A DNA stretch of 63,211 nt, the filler included, from Octopus bimaculoides (Eukaryota): the NCBI RefSeq assembly GCF_001194135.2. It is 3 parts of 3 records of this genome, joined end to end, with 100 filler letters (N's around TTAATTAATTAA, not from the genome) between each part and the next. Parts side by side here need not be neighbours in the genome. Positions count along the whole stretch, not along the records: positions 29,864 to 61,849 come from NC_068992.1; positions 61,950 to 63,211 come from NW_026408166.1; 1 more part is not named here. One strand, written 5' to 3'. The notes below the pieces were generated by a model. That model was not told the DNA's origin. It worked only from the letters and a program-made list of their open reading frames with translations, and made no database searches. Below, piece by piece: positions 51,033 to 63,211 of the stretch. Positions within the stretch are counted from its first letter, which is position 1. Every line of letters starts with the position of its first letter. A program made the position numbers and the translations under genes.

Positions 51033-51739
51033 AAATATTTAGCAGTTGTCAATAAAAATGTATAAATTGTTACCGGATTGCGGTGGAACCTATGAGGAAA
51101 TGTAACAAAGCAATGAAGCAATTATCAGAAAATAAATTGCATAAATCTGATTGGCAACGTGTGTTTGAGCAGAAATTTTAAATCCAATATTTAACTTTGG
51201 ATTACTGGACTGAAATATTTAACAGGTATATTTACTTATCTTCATAGTATCAGCACACGTTTTCAGAATAAAGAGGAAAATATTTTCGTTCCGGCAAATA
51301 AATAAATGACATTTCATAACTTAGCTATTTTTTAAAAATAGAATTGTAGATAATGCCTTAGAAATGTTTACTTTAATACGAAAAATAATGACATAAATCA
51401 TATGACTTCCGTTATAGTTGAACACTTGATAACTTTAAGAAAAACGAAATTTTAGTCTGAGTTATTAAACATAAGTTATAGAAACATAATGGCGTACTCC
51501 AGCTTAGAAATAATGAAGAGTGTAACGGATTTAACATTTGATAGTCACCCATCATCGTTTCCTTTTCCCCAATAAACTTCTAGATTAAACTAAAGAACCT
51601 AACGAAATATATATAAAATTTCTTCTGGAAATAATGGAAACAACCCTTTACGTACTTTACAATAAAGAATATTTTATGTTAATTGAAGTTTTTGTAGATT
51701 CGGAATCTCTGCACTCGATATAGTGGGTTCCTGTAAAAG

Positions 51740-52077
51740 AAAAAAAAACATCCCAAAGGGGATGTGGTCCATTGTCTTTACCTCCGCCCGGATGCGTCCT
51801 AATTCTCCTGGTTGTAATGTGTGGGATTCGGTTGAAAGAGACATCAACCGCTTTGCCTACAGTACCAAGGCCGAGCTGGTGGTCAAGATCAAGGCGGTGT
51901 TCGAAGATCTTCCTGGGAACACAGTGAAGAACGCATGTGCTAGGTTCCGGAACGATATTGAGGCCTTTGTGGAAGCTGAAAGCGGCAACTTTGAATAAGA
52001 TTTTACTCAAAATGGAAGGGCTAGAGTGTTTTCTTTTCATTTTTATGCAAGCTATCAAATTTAGCCAGAACACCCGG
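51740..52077 (+). mobile_element. 3' fragment of a Tc1/mariner (maT/rosa-like) transposon with right TIR
   Basis: PNSPGCNVWDSVERDIN..LVVKIKAVFEDLP..VKNACARFRNDIEAFVEAESGNFE* (SPDxNPLDYxxW-type C-terminus). Terminus GAACACCCGG followed by TA. Confidence 0.8.
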
Positions 52078-52121
52078 TATATAATAAACTGTAACAATAT
52101 TATTGATACTATTTAAAGCAG

Positions 52122-52290
52122 CAGGGCAGCGAGCTATCAGAAACTCTAGCACGCCGGAAAAAAATGTTTAGTCGCTTTCCGCCCATCTTTACGTTGTGAG
52201 TTCAAATTCTGTCGAGGTTGTCTTCGCATTTTATCATTTCAGGGTCTATTAAATAATTACCAGTTGAACACTGGGGTCGCTGTTGTCGAC
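52122..52290 (+). mobile_element. tRNA-derived SINE (first family), 5' part
   Basis: GGCAGCGAGCTATCAGAA..TAGCACGCCGG..GTGAGTTCAAATTCTGTCGAGG..CCAGTTGAACACTGGGGTCG. Confidence 0.8.
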
Positions 52291-52354
52291 GTAAACCATC
52301 CTTGAAACTGCTCGCTTTGTACCAGAATATGAAACCAATATAATTTGAGAGTAG

Positions 52355-52460
52355 AAAGGCGGTGAGCTGACAGAATAGGTAGCACACCAGACTAAATACT
52401 TAGTGGCATTTCTTCCATGATTGAAAATGTCACTGAGGTCAACTTTGCCTTTCGAAGGTG
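52355..52460 (+). mobile_element. Second truncated copy of the same SINE head
   Basis: AGGCGGTGAGCTGACAGAATAGGTAGCACACC..GAGGTCAACTTTGCCTTTC. Confidence 0.7.
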
Positions 52461-53168
52461 ACAACTTAAAATACCAGACAAATACTTAGGTCGATTTTTA
52501 TTATAAATTTGACGAGTGTGGTAATTAATATTGGATGTATTTCCCTTTCGCAACTGAATTTGCGATTTATTTTTTATTTAAGTTACACCTAACTGGATCG
52601 GGTTGGCTGTTGATGCTTTTGAAGTAGTCGTCATGAACATGAGTAAAAAAAAAAACAACATAAACTTATGCTTAGTAAATATTATATGGTTTCATTGTGA
52701 TGGGAAAAAGCGTCATTACCTTTATCTGGAGTTTAGCTAGTACTAACCTCATCCTCCTTCAATTTCACATAACTAAAATAAAATACAACACAGGATAGAT
52801 AAAAGAAACAAATAGAAATATAAGAGAAAGAATATTTGTGCCTGGCAGTGAGATCAAATCTATTTACTATCTGCATGACCTTATCTTTGCTAAAAATGGG
52901 TTGCACAAGGGAACAGCGAAATTAATAACAGCATTAAGAATAATAATAATAATAATAATAGCAATAATGGTAATAAAATGATATTAAAAATGATAAGGAC
53001 GATGATGGAGGTTATGAGATGATGGTGATGATGAGGATAATAATAATGAAGATTTCTTTATTTGACACAAATGCGATACAGCTAAAAACAAAAGAATAAA
53101 GAATATCAACGAACACGGAGAAAAGCGAGAAGAACATGAAAAACAAGAAATTGGTAGATTGCAGCATG

Positions 53169-53205
53169 TTATACAATACTACAATATTTCTTCATGCAGG
53201 AAGAA
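53169..53205 (-). CDS. Candidate terminal coding exon ending in a CaaX motif (SSCMKKYCSIV*)
   Basis: Very strong acceptor (ttttgctttcgtttccccccccctctctttctcctctgattttacccag). The phase-2 reading ends CSIV-stop. The upstream partner exon is uncertain. Confidence 0.3.
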
Positions 53206-53947
53206 CTGGGTAAAATCAGAGGAGAAAGAGAGGGGGGGGGGAAACGAAAGCAAAATATAATAAAATATTAACAACAATAAAACGATGAAACAAACAAGCA
53301 AAAGAAAAAAGAAGGACGCATTACTGTATTTACTGCAGCCAACTGTTTGTAACCTTTGTGATTCATTGATAGATATTGTTCTGGAGAAATACTCATTCTG
53401 AAAGATAGGGGTGGTAGGAAGTTAGAAGATTTGAAATAACAGGTCACTATTAGATATTAATCAGCTAACAATGCTCATATTTCTTCCCTGTTTTCGTTGT
53501 GCACTTCTCGCCTCTCCCACTTTTCTTCGCTTCCCTTTTCTCTCTTTATCAATATATCGACCATTGCGTTATATATACTTAAATTTTTGTTTTTTTAATA
53601 TTACTATCTTTTCCTTTTTTATATATATAAATTTTGTTTTGCTGTTTTAGCTCGCTTTCTTGTTCTCACTATCTTTGACTGTGTTTGATAACCTTTAAGC
53701 TTAATAAGTATATTGATAAAAATGAATTTCTAACAGAAAATATATATATATATATAAATATAAATTATTTGTAATTCACTTTCCCAGACACGAAACTACT
53801 ACTCCATAATTTTAGTATGCAATATCTCTTCATAGATACCAAAATGATATTAATTTAGTGAAATTTAATTAAGAATAGAAAAGTTTACTAAACCAACAAT
53901 AGAAATTTTATTTTTTGTCTTACTTTCTCAAATTCAATAAATTTCGT

Positions 53948-54104
53948 TTCTTCTTCTTCTTCTTCTTCTTCTTCTTCTTCTTCTTCTTCTTCTTCTTCTT
54001 CTTCTTCTTCTTCTTCTTCTTCTTCTTCTTCTTCTTCTTCTTCTTCTTCTTCTTCTTCTTCTTCTTTTTCTTCTTCTTCTTCTTCTTCTTCTTCTTCTTC
54101 TTCT
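53948..54104. repeat. Long (TTC)n microsatellite
   Basis: Direct observation; source of the poly-F and poly-K ORFs. Confidence 0.97.
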
Positions 54105-54687
54105 TTGTTATTACTAGAAGATATGTCATCTACAAATTAACTGATATACTATTATAAGATTTCATCAAATAAATACTTTCTGTAGTGTATTCTTTTATTT
54201 GAGAAATAAATTTAATGCGATTGTTGACCCGAAGAATTTCACAAGACTTCTACCATTTCTATTTCTATTTCTTCAAATTGCTTATGTTTTTTCTTCTTCA
54301 TTTATTTTACTATTGATATGTAATGATTTTTCTGATATATGTTTACAAGATTTCATCAAATTTTAGTTAGTGAAGTACTCCATTTTACATGACAAAAATA
54401 TATTTAAAAACCGATTTATGTTGACTTGAGAAATTTGACAAGAATTTTAGTATTTAGTTTGATATATCTTCAAAGATTTTTTTTATAGTTACACAGTTAT
54501 GAGATTTCATAAAATAATATTTAATGTTATAACGTTTTCAGTTAAAATATGTGTTGACTTGAAACATTTTACAAGAATTCTTCATTTTAGCTTTTTAATA
54601 GTTTTAATATGTGAAAATGTTATTACTGATATCAAAAGATATATGTTCCAGGGATATATTATCTCTCGAGTATATTTCTTAATGTCA

Positions 54688-54830
54688 TGAGGATTAAGTC
54701 GATTACATCGTCCCAAGTGCATAACTGGTACTTATTTAATCGACCCCGAAAGGATGAAAGGCTAAGCATTTCGCCTGGCGTACTAACGATTCTTATTTCT
54801 TTATTTCCCATAAAGGGTATACACAGATAT
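54688..54830 (-). mobile_element. Internally deleted SINE (first family)
   Basis: GGATTAAGTCGATTACATCG..ACTGGTACTTATTTAATCGACCCCGAAAGGATGAAAGG joined to CTAAGCATTTCGCCTGGCGTACTAACGATTC. Confidence 0.8.
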
Positions 54831-55237
54831 TAGTACAACACATGTGGGGACATACAAAAATAACATAGACAATTAAATAGATATAGAAATTAAAATTAAA
54901 AACGTATGATGTACATGCATGATAATGAAATGAATATAGAAATGGACTACTTGCCCCTCCAAGCAACCTCATTTCTTCCTTTTACCATTTATAAGGTGTG
55001 TCCCTTAATATATCCATGCTTCTTTATTAAGTCTTTGTACCTCGTACTATCCGGTAACTTTTTTTAAGTCTGTGTGCACTCTCCAACATATAACTCCTTA
55101 GATGAAAGACTTCCAAGATTAGGGTAGTAGGAATCCTGACAGAATCCTGTTTAATTTATCTAAATAGTGATAACAAAATTACAATATATAACTTTGTGTG
55201 AGAGCGTAGATGGCAACAAACTTATAGGAGCGATGTG

Positions 55238-55293
55238 CAGCAGCAATAACAACAACAGCAGCAGCAACAACAACAACAACAACAACAACAACA

Positions 55294-55350
<57 letters not shown>

Positions 55351-55470
55351 GTGGCTTCAAATTTTGGCACATGGCCAGTAATTTTGAGGCAATGAGGTTA
55401 GTCGATTAAATTGACCCTTGCTCTTCACTGGTTATTTTATCGACTTCGAAAGGATGAAAGTCGAAGTCGG
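55238..55470. repeat. (CAG/CAA)n(AAT)n microsatellite followed by a minus-strand SINE fragment (55350-55470)
   Basis: Direct observation; SINE core TTAGTCGATTAAATTGACCC..CTGGTTATTTTATCGAC..AAAGGATGAAAG. Confidence 0.8.
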
Positions 55471-56814
55471 CTATATAACGATACTTAACCTTTACTGTAG
55501 AACGTACAACTGTATATCCTAAATAGAATAGCGTTTCAAAACGCAGCACACAACACTATGCAAATTACAAAAACGTGCGGAGAAATACAGAATCTAAACC
55601 TTGAGACTAAAAATTATACTCAGCATACATAGAATATTAGGACAAGACTCTGCATATATTTGTAAATTATTTACAGTAAGAATATAATCATAATTACAAA
55701 TCTAAACCTGTTCCACACACACAAAGCTACTCTTGGTAGTGAAGTGTAAACACGTAATAAAAATAAGAGGACTGAATAATAATTAAATAATGTCAAATGG
55801 TAATAAAAAAAGGGACATAAATGTTGTTTTAAGTTTTTCATTATTGATTTTTTTGTTTATTCTTCTGTATGTAATATTTGGTTTCATAGTCATGTCTACA
55901 ATTACAATTCTTTATTTCAAAGACTTTATGGTATGTTTCTAGGTGTATATAGTTAGTATTGTATTTTTGGTATATATATGTATATATATAGTGTTTTATG
56001 TTCGTCGTGAATTTCTAAATGTATATTCTGCCTATTCTGAGTTTCTTCTTTATATACTTTTATAATTGTATTTGCGGTGCGTCTGTAGTTGTATACACTA
56101 GTTATGGTTTATTTGTGATGTATATTAAACCTGTGGAGTGTTTGAAGTACTATATACTACTTATGGTTTGTCGGTGATGTATATAAAAATTTATGTCGTG
56201 TTTGTGTTATGTTTGAAGGTGTACATTTGATGTGCTTCTAATTATATATCCCGGTAACGTTATATTTAGGGCGGGTGTATATTTTTGTATGAGGTGCGAT
56301 TGTTGTGTGTATAGTATTTATTATAAGTGTATAAACTTCCTCTGCTTTTGTAAGAAGATATATGTTCCTGTATTTGAAGCACTGTATGCTAAGTAAATAG
56401 TACTTCAAGCAATCGCTGTATGTTTACCGATTATGTATGTATGTATGTATGTATGCATGTATGTATGTATGTATGTAAATATATATGTGTGTGCATGCAT
56501 AGGTGGTGGTTGTCTACTCGTTATGCAGCGTCTGACCACTTCTTAGATACATCATGGCGTCTGATGTGGCTTTTTGACCCCTTCGCCCCCAAAAAGTTTT
56601 TTCATACTAAAGTGAATTTTCTTCGTTTAAAATGGCTTTGGATGGGACAAATCAGGGTTACAACGTAAGGAGTAGGATGGTGAAAAGGAAGAGTTCACTT
56701 GTCCGGAAGCGATCNNNNNNNNNNNNNNNNNNNNNNNNNNNNNNNNNNNNNNNNNNNNNNNNNNNNNNNNNNNNNNNNNNNNNNNNNNNNNNNNNNNNNN
56801 NNNNNNNNNNNNNN

Positions 56815-56849
<35 letters not shown>

Positions 56850-57552
56850 CCAACATAAAGTCATACATATTGTTTATATGCCGTTATACATGCAAATACA
56901 CACAAAGGTAAACAGTTAACAATGGCAGAGAAACAAAGATATATATTTATATAGAAGCAACTCTGATAAGTAAATACACTGAAAGATTTATAGATAAGTT
57001 AGAAGTCAGATATATAAAAGAAAACATATGAATACTTAACTTCGATCTATCTATATATACATATATATCTCACACTCCTTTTCTCTAAAAGCAGAACCAC
57101 TATAACAACAGCATATATAAGTTAATATTTATGTATGTATGTACCTGTGTTTGTGTGTGTGAGCGTGTGAATTTAAACAAAAACTTATTGACTACGAATG
57201 TATATTGATTAATATATGAAATCAGTGTATGCATAGCATAGGGATGGCCTGATGGGGTGTAGAATTTAGAAATCTTGAACATTTATTGAATTCAAAATTT
57301 ATGAAACAGAGTTATTATATTCTGTGTTCTTGCACACGATTTATATATGATGTAAACATGTTTTTACAAATAAAGACACACGAAATCATATAAAACAATT
57401 ATTACAAATCATAAGTTTACATATTACATACACATGCATATACATAAATTCTTAATTATATGCATTCATATATATATATATATATATACATATACATATG
57501 TATACATATGCTTATATATGTAGGTCTATAGACCGATATGTACATATGTATC

Positions 57553-57920
57553 GTTTCTAATGTATGAGGGACCCATACATTATAGCGAGAAATGTATTCT
57601 AGCTTTACTAAGCGTTCACGAGCCGTACTTTTAGAAAGTTCCAACTCCTCTGCAAGTCCTCTAGTCGTGATATTTGAGTTTTCTCCGATTTTTGCCTGAA
57701 AATCATCTTCATCCAATTTTGAAGGTCTTCCATTGCGACCATCATCTTCCAAGCTAAACTCTCCAGTTTTAAATTCTGCAAACCACCTTCGAACAGTTGA
57801 TACACCTACAGCATCAGCACCATAAACTTCACAAATGTTTTTGCAAGTCTTTGCAGCATTTTCTCCTTTTTTGAAAAGGAGAAGCATTACAACGCGAATA
57901 TGAACTTTTTGGTTGTCAGG
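57553..57920 (-). pseudogene. Mariner transposase N-terminal half (Mos1/Hsmar1-like HTH-HTH-WVPHEL region), open but truncated
   Basis: NQKVHIRVVMLLLFKKGENAAKTCKNICEVYGADAVGVSTVRRWFAEFKTGEFSLEDDGRNGRPSKLDED..NITTRGLAEELELSKSTARERLVKL..WVPHTL. No catalytic domain and no TIR visible. Confidence 0.9.
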
Positions 57921-58270
57921 ATTTTCAGTGTCATTCACTTTTGATTATTTTATGTATTTCAACTGCTTCTTTTCTACGTGAGTCTTCTTTCAGTAGTAGA
58001 ATGATATGGTGGATAATGTTGTAACCCTTTGTGTTTCGGGGGCTATATGCTGTAATAAAGGGCAGAGTAATGGGCGTACCTGAAGTGTATTTTGCTTTTC
58101 GTAGTTCTTGAATATCTATTGCTTTGGCACGTTCTATTCCGTTGTCTATTAACATTGATGGATATTGTCTTCCAAATAGTTCTTATTTTAATTCCCGGAG
58201 AAACTATTGTGCAGATTCTCCTTGCTAGATTAAATGGAATATTAGTCTTCGTGCGTTTGGAATTGCACGA
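57921..58270 (-). mobile_element. Penelope-like RT thumb/linker fragment
   Basis: KTNIPFNLARRICTIVS / LIDNGIERAKAIDIQELR..LPFITAYSPRN..NII..KIIKS, a typical post-RT PLE region. Confidence 0.8.
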
Positions 58271-58854
58271 GGACAAAAGCAGGTATTGCTCTAGTTTTTA
58301 TTATTTCTTCAATTTGTTTTCTTTTCATGAAATGGTTTGTATATCTATGCGTGACTGTAAGAGTGTCACATAAGAGAAAGATACGTAGTTACAATTGCAT
58401 ATTTTCACGAAGACATACGCGCAAATATACATGCACAAAAGGATACATCTATATCCAAACGTAGATGCATTTTGCAAATAATATTACTGGCGCCACAAGC
58501 AGAATAGAATCTATACAGTAGCTCATTAAAATATCTAATTATTACATAAGACTAAACCTGATGAAAATCTAGTTGGTGGATGTCATAAACGTTAAATAAT
58601 TCGAACTATTTAGTGTTATTTGGGTATAGTTTTTTCTATTGGGAAATCAAATTCGTGCTGACTTTGCAAGGATAGGAGTTTGTCAGTTAAGTTAATCTTT
58701 CCTCTTTTCTAAGACAATAGATACTACCAGGTATATACTTGTGTCGTCGATATAATAGCGACACCATTTATATGAATGCCTTAGTTATGGTATTACCAAC
58801 AGCAATATTCGCTATCTAAAAGGATACTTCAAAAAGCTCGCTCTGTAACCATTT

Positions 58855-58965
58855 CTTGTTGAGTTCAGACCCATTCCGGCACATCTTGGGCAAATGTCTC
58901 TACTACAGCCCCGAGCCGACCAATGTTATATAAGCAAATGTGATTGGCAAACACTGTGTAGAAGC
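58855..58965 (+). mobile_element. SINE head (second family)
   Basis: GAGTTCAGACCCATTCCGGCACATCTTGGGCAAATGTCTCTACTACAGCCCCGAGCCGACCAA. Confidence 0.7.
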
Positions 58966-59111
58966 CCTTAGTTTACATACATGCATATATATTCGTATAA
59001 TAATACACACACTGTCACACACACTGTCACACACACACACACACTCACACACATACATACATGCACACACACACACACACACACACACNNNNNNNNNNAC
59101 ACATACATACA

Positions 59112-59148
<37 letters not shown>

Positions 59149-59310
59149 GTATATAGTCATACATACATATATATCAGTTGAATGAATTTATAAGTCCCCT
59201 TCCACACGCACATACGCGCTCTCACATACACACACACGCACATTTTCGTTTTGGGATCACCACTACTTTATTATCTCCCCTTCTTCCTAGCTCTCCTGTA
59301 TGTATGTGTT

Positions 59311-59349
59311 CCTTTCTGTCAAAGAGCGTAGGCTCGAAACGTAAAAGAC
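59311..59349 (+). ncRNA. Minimal hammerhead-ribozyme relic (PLE terminal type), catalytic core mutated
   Basis: cttt-CTGTCAA-A-GAGC-gtag-GCTC-GAAA-CG-TA-aaag. Stem I (4 bp), perfect stem II, GAAA box and GUA triplet are intact, but the CUGANGA box reads CUGUCAA. Confidence 0.5.
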
Positions 59350-59474
59350 TTTCTCACTTCCTGAGCGTTAAACTAATACATCTGTTTGTTGTTTGCTCAC
59401 CCGTCTTCGTCTTCTGTTTTTTTAAAAATAAATTCTCACTATACATATACATATATATATGTATTCGTGTAGCT

Positions 59475-59665
59475 GTGTTTGTCCCCCCATTATCACTTGA
59501 CAGACGTTGATACTGTGTTTAAGTTCCCGTAGCTTAGCGGTTTTGGAAAGAGACAGATAAACTAAGTACTAGGCTTGCAATGAATAAGCCATGTGTTCGA
59601 TTTGTGCGGTGCTCCAGCATGCCTGAAGTCAAATAACTGATATAAGTAAAAGAATAAAAGAGCAT
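59475..59665 (+). mobile_element. SINE 3' half (second family)
   Basis: GTGTTTGTCCCCCC..CTTAGCGGTT..AAGTACTAGGCTT..GCGGTGCTCCAGCATG..AAGTAAAAGAATAAAAGAG. Confidence 0.8.
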
Positions 59666-61640
59666 ATATATAAATATGTGTGTGTGTGCATATATATAAA
59701 TAGACAGAGACAAATGTTTATTTAGACACACTTATATACGCATAAAAAGTTTATACATATGTAGTTGTTGAGTGTGTGTATGTGCATCATTAAGTGTATA
59801 AAAATGTCCATGTATCTGTATGCATATTAGAATGAAATTAATAATTTTTGAATTTATGGTAAAAAAACATAGGAATATTGCTTAAAATTTTTCCAAAGAA
59901 GGATAGAGAGGGAGAGTGGGAGAGAGGAAGAAGTAGAGAGACAGAGAAAGAAAGAGCGAAGGGGACATAAAATAGTAAACGACAGTAAAAAACACACATA
60001 TATATACACTCACATATGTATATGCATATATGTTTATAAAGTTACGCATACATGCTAAAACGCACCTCTAGTCCCGTATATAAATATTGATTGTTATCAT
60101 AGTTTGCTTATCACTGACTCTATCTCGTCTTATCTTCGACGTGTTTTTTTAATGTCTTTAAAACCTTCATCTCTATCTTTATTAATGAGTATATAAATGT
60201 ACTTCTGTTTCTAACTATGTGCATGCATACAAAAATAGTTATATATATACATACATACATACATACATACATACATACATACATACATACATACATACGT
60301 ATATATATGTGTTTGTATACAAACATATATATATATATATACCGCTGCCGTAGTCTCCTTTAGAGAGACTTAGAAATATTANNNNNNNNNNNNNNNNNNN
60401 NNNNNNNNNNNNNNNNNNNNNNNNNNNNNNNNNNNNNNNNNNNNNNNNNNNNNNNNNNNNNNNNNNNNNNNNNNNNNNNNNNNNNNNNNNNNNNNNNNNN
60501 NNNNNNNNNNNNNNNNNNNNNNNNNNNNNNNNNNNNNNNNNNNNNNNNNNNNNNNNNNNNNNNNNNNNNNNNNNNNNNNNNNNNNNNNNNNNNNNNNNNN
60601 NNNNNNNNNNNNNNNNNNNNNNNNNNNNNNNNNNNNNNNNNNNNNNNNNNNNNNNNNNNNNNNNNNNNNNNNNNNNNNNNNNNNNNNNNNNNNNNNNNNN
60701 NNNNNNNNNNNNNNNNNNNNNNNNNNNNNNNNNNNNNNNNNNNNNNNNNNNNNNNNNNNNNNNNNNNNNNNNNNNNNNNNNNNNNNNNNNNNNNNNNNNN
60801 NNNNNNNNNNNNNNNNNNNNNNNNNNNNNNNNNNNNNNNNNNNNNNNNNNNNNNNNNNNNNNNNNNNNNNNNNNNNNNNNNNNTTTATATATACGCACAC
60901 ACACACACTCATACAAATAATAATTGATGAATATTGAAAATCAATACCAATATTCATATACGTATTTGTTTTGCTATTATTGACTTTTTCTCTTATTGTT
61001 GTTTTTACCATTTTCTACCTTTTCCTTTCCAACCCAGAAATACATTTTTGAGCAATTTTTCCATCAAAAGAATTGAATTATATATATTAGTTTTGTCAAT
61101 GTTTGAACTGAAGTATTTCCTTTTTATTGAAACTCTTGTGTTCCTCAAGCTTTTCTTCTCTATTTAGTGCCTAAACGCACTTGAAGACATTTTGCTTGAT
61201 ACCTTATTGTCTTCATATATGATTCGTTTAGAAATTCGTTTTTCTTTTCCTTTGTTGCATTTAATTTTTTTTTCCTTGGAACTGCCGTTGGTTGTTGATT
61301 ATGTTTTTATTGGTTTTTATTTTCTTTTATTTGTTTTAGCTTTTACGTTATGATATTGGAATTTATTGTTCAACGCAATATATATTTCTTACTCCGTGTA
61401 TGTAGGTATGTATGTATTTATAACTTTGCTTATGGTGCATGCATGTATGCCGTATGTATGCATGTATGTCTGCATGCATATATACTTATACATATATATA
61501 TATATATATGTGTATATATNNNNNNNNNNATATATATATATATATACATACAGGTATGAGTTGTTATGTATGTAACACACTTATCCGTGCTCAGGTAGGG
61601 GTACTTCAAGATGTGTGCATGCGTTTGTGCTAATGTTCGG

Positions 61641-61641
<1 letters not shown>

Positions 61642-61700
<59 letters not shown>
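61642..61700. repeat. (TATC)n microsatellite
   Basis: Direct observation. Confidence 0.95.
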
Positions 61701-61701
<1 letters not shown>

Positions 61702-61849
61702 GCGTATCTCTTCCTTATTTCGCTCTAGACGCATCTATATGCACACGCAAAAACTCACACACACACACACACCCATATATACATAGATGAATATATGTAT
61801 GTGTGTGTGTGTGTGTGTGTGCATATATATATACATATATATATATATA

Positions 61850-61949
61850 NNNNNNNNNNNNNNNNNNNNNNNNNNNNNNNNNNNNNNNNNNNNTTAATTA
61901 ATTAANNNNNNNNNNNNNNNNNNNNNNNNNNNNNNNNNNNNNNNNNNNN
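61850..61949. other. Artificial scaffold-join spacer 44N-TTAATTAATTAA-44N
   Basis: Identical to 29764-29863. Confidence 0.95.
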
Positions 61950-62976
61950 TACATATGTATACACACACACTATATATATATGATGCGAAAATAAACAAAA
62001 AAAGAAAAAAAGCAAACAAGAGAATACAAAGAAAAAGAAAGCCAACAAAAAAAATCACTAAGCAAATATTGCAGAATTTATGAGCTAACGAAGGTTCTGC
62101 TCACATGTATAGATTGAATTGTAAAACTGTTCCCAGAATTATCGATAAATTTTTTCCAAAATGGCAACATACAGATTTCTTTTGGTTAGAAATAAAAAAA
62201 AAACATAAAGAACTGTGGTATCAAAGAATTCATCATTGTTTAACGTTTAGGTTTTGTTGAACATTTTTAGGTTCGAATTTTTGTTTCTCTCCCCTCTTAA
62301 TATATCCTCATAAGGCGGCGGAACATTAGAAAGGAATCTGCAAAAGATAGAACAAATTATGCTAAGGTTTTTTTTTAACTTGGACGTACTGTTCAAACTA
62401 TGGTTCCTTGATACTTGCTCCTTGTTCCTAGCTTTCAAGTCAAATGATTTGATGGGGAGGGGGCCCCATACAGGCACTCAACATGGATGAAATAACAGCT
62501 AAATTACCCTTGGATTAACCCTTTCTTTACTGTATTTCTGTTGAGATGTTCTGTGTTTCTTTCAATTAATTTTAAATATAACAAAGGATTTAGTAAAATA
62601 ACTTAGTTATCATTAAGTTAGTGTTAGGTATACATAAATACATGATAAATTATAAGACAAAGTTAAGTCATCTAATTAGGTGGACAAATGCATAAAATAC
62701 TAGTAGAAATGTGGAGATGCACCTGAACCTTAGTGGAAGTAGAAAATTAAGTTAAACTACAATGGATACCTGACTATAACTAGAAAGACACCGTACCTAT
62801 AATTTAAGGAAGAGATCACTGTAGTTAATGGGACAGTTAAAAATAATGTCACTTAGAACCCCAAATTATCCATTAATAGGAGGTAACCACTAATAGTGCA
62901 AACCAACCCTAGGTTGCGACACTATAGTCTGTGCAGCCTATAAGTGTAGATTGTATAAGTGCCAATATAGGATTAT

Positions 62977-63056
62977 TACTACTACTACTACTACTACTAC
63001 TAATAATAATAATAATAAGACGAAGAAGAACAATAACAATAACAATAATAATAGTA
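62977..63056. repeat. (TAC)n(AAT)n microsatellite
   Basis: Direct observation. Confidence 0.9.
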
Positions 63057-63211
63057 GGAGAAGAGTTTGTGAGCACACACAGTAGTAAGGATGGAAGCAG
63101 AGCATATAGATAGAACTGTAATAAAGATGTAAGCGGCGGCTAGGAATCTGCCACCCAGACATAGGAACAATTCAGTATAGATTGGATGAATAAGAGAAAC
63201 GGAACGGGTAA

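Noticed and set aside
58550-58600. CCTGATGAAAATC...ATAAACGTT hammerhead-like string
   Set aside because: No GAAA box, no stem I pairing, and opposite in orientation to the adjacent PLE fragment
62250-62960. Possible further PLE/LINE relic
   Set aside because: Only vague peptide resemblance; too decayed to support a call

Overview
AT-rich, repeat-dense eukaryotic genomic window with many N-gaps and two artificial scaffold spacers (44N-TTAATTAATTAA-44N). The SINE families, microsatellite load and TE mix look like an Octopus-type cephalopod draft genome (inference, not verified). Most interpretable sequence is decayed mobile DNA: several Penelope-like elements (PLEs), one with terminal direct repeats, an inverted tail and hammerhead-ribozyme-like relics; two restriction-like-endonuclease (RLE) non-LTR clades (CRE-like and R4/Dong-like); a CR1/L2-type LINE 3' end; five Tc1/mariner relics, one built from two 5' ends in fold-back orientation; a Tigger/pogo-type MITE; a HINE-like element; and over a dozen tRNA-derived SINE pieces. 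No intact, recognisable protein-coding gene is present. The best host-gene candidates are a minus-strand chain of three short in-frame exons (34967 to 33563) and a possible minus-strand terminal exon ending in a CaaX box (53205 to 53169). A diverged duplication of about 0.7 kb recurs about 10.6 kb apart. I did not find a clearly new biological system. The leads below are hypotheses, and identity values are eyeballed, not computed.
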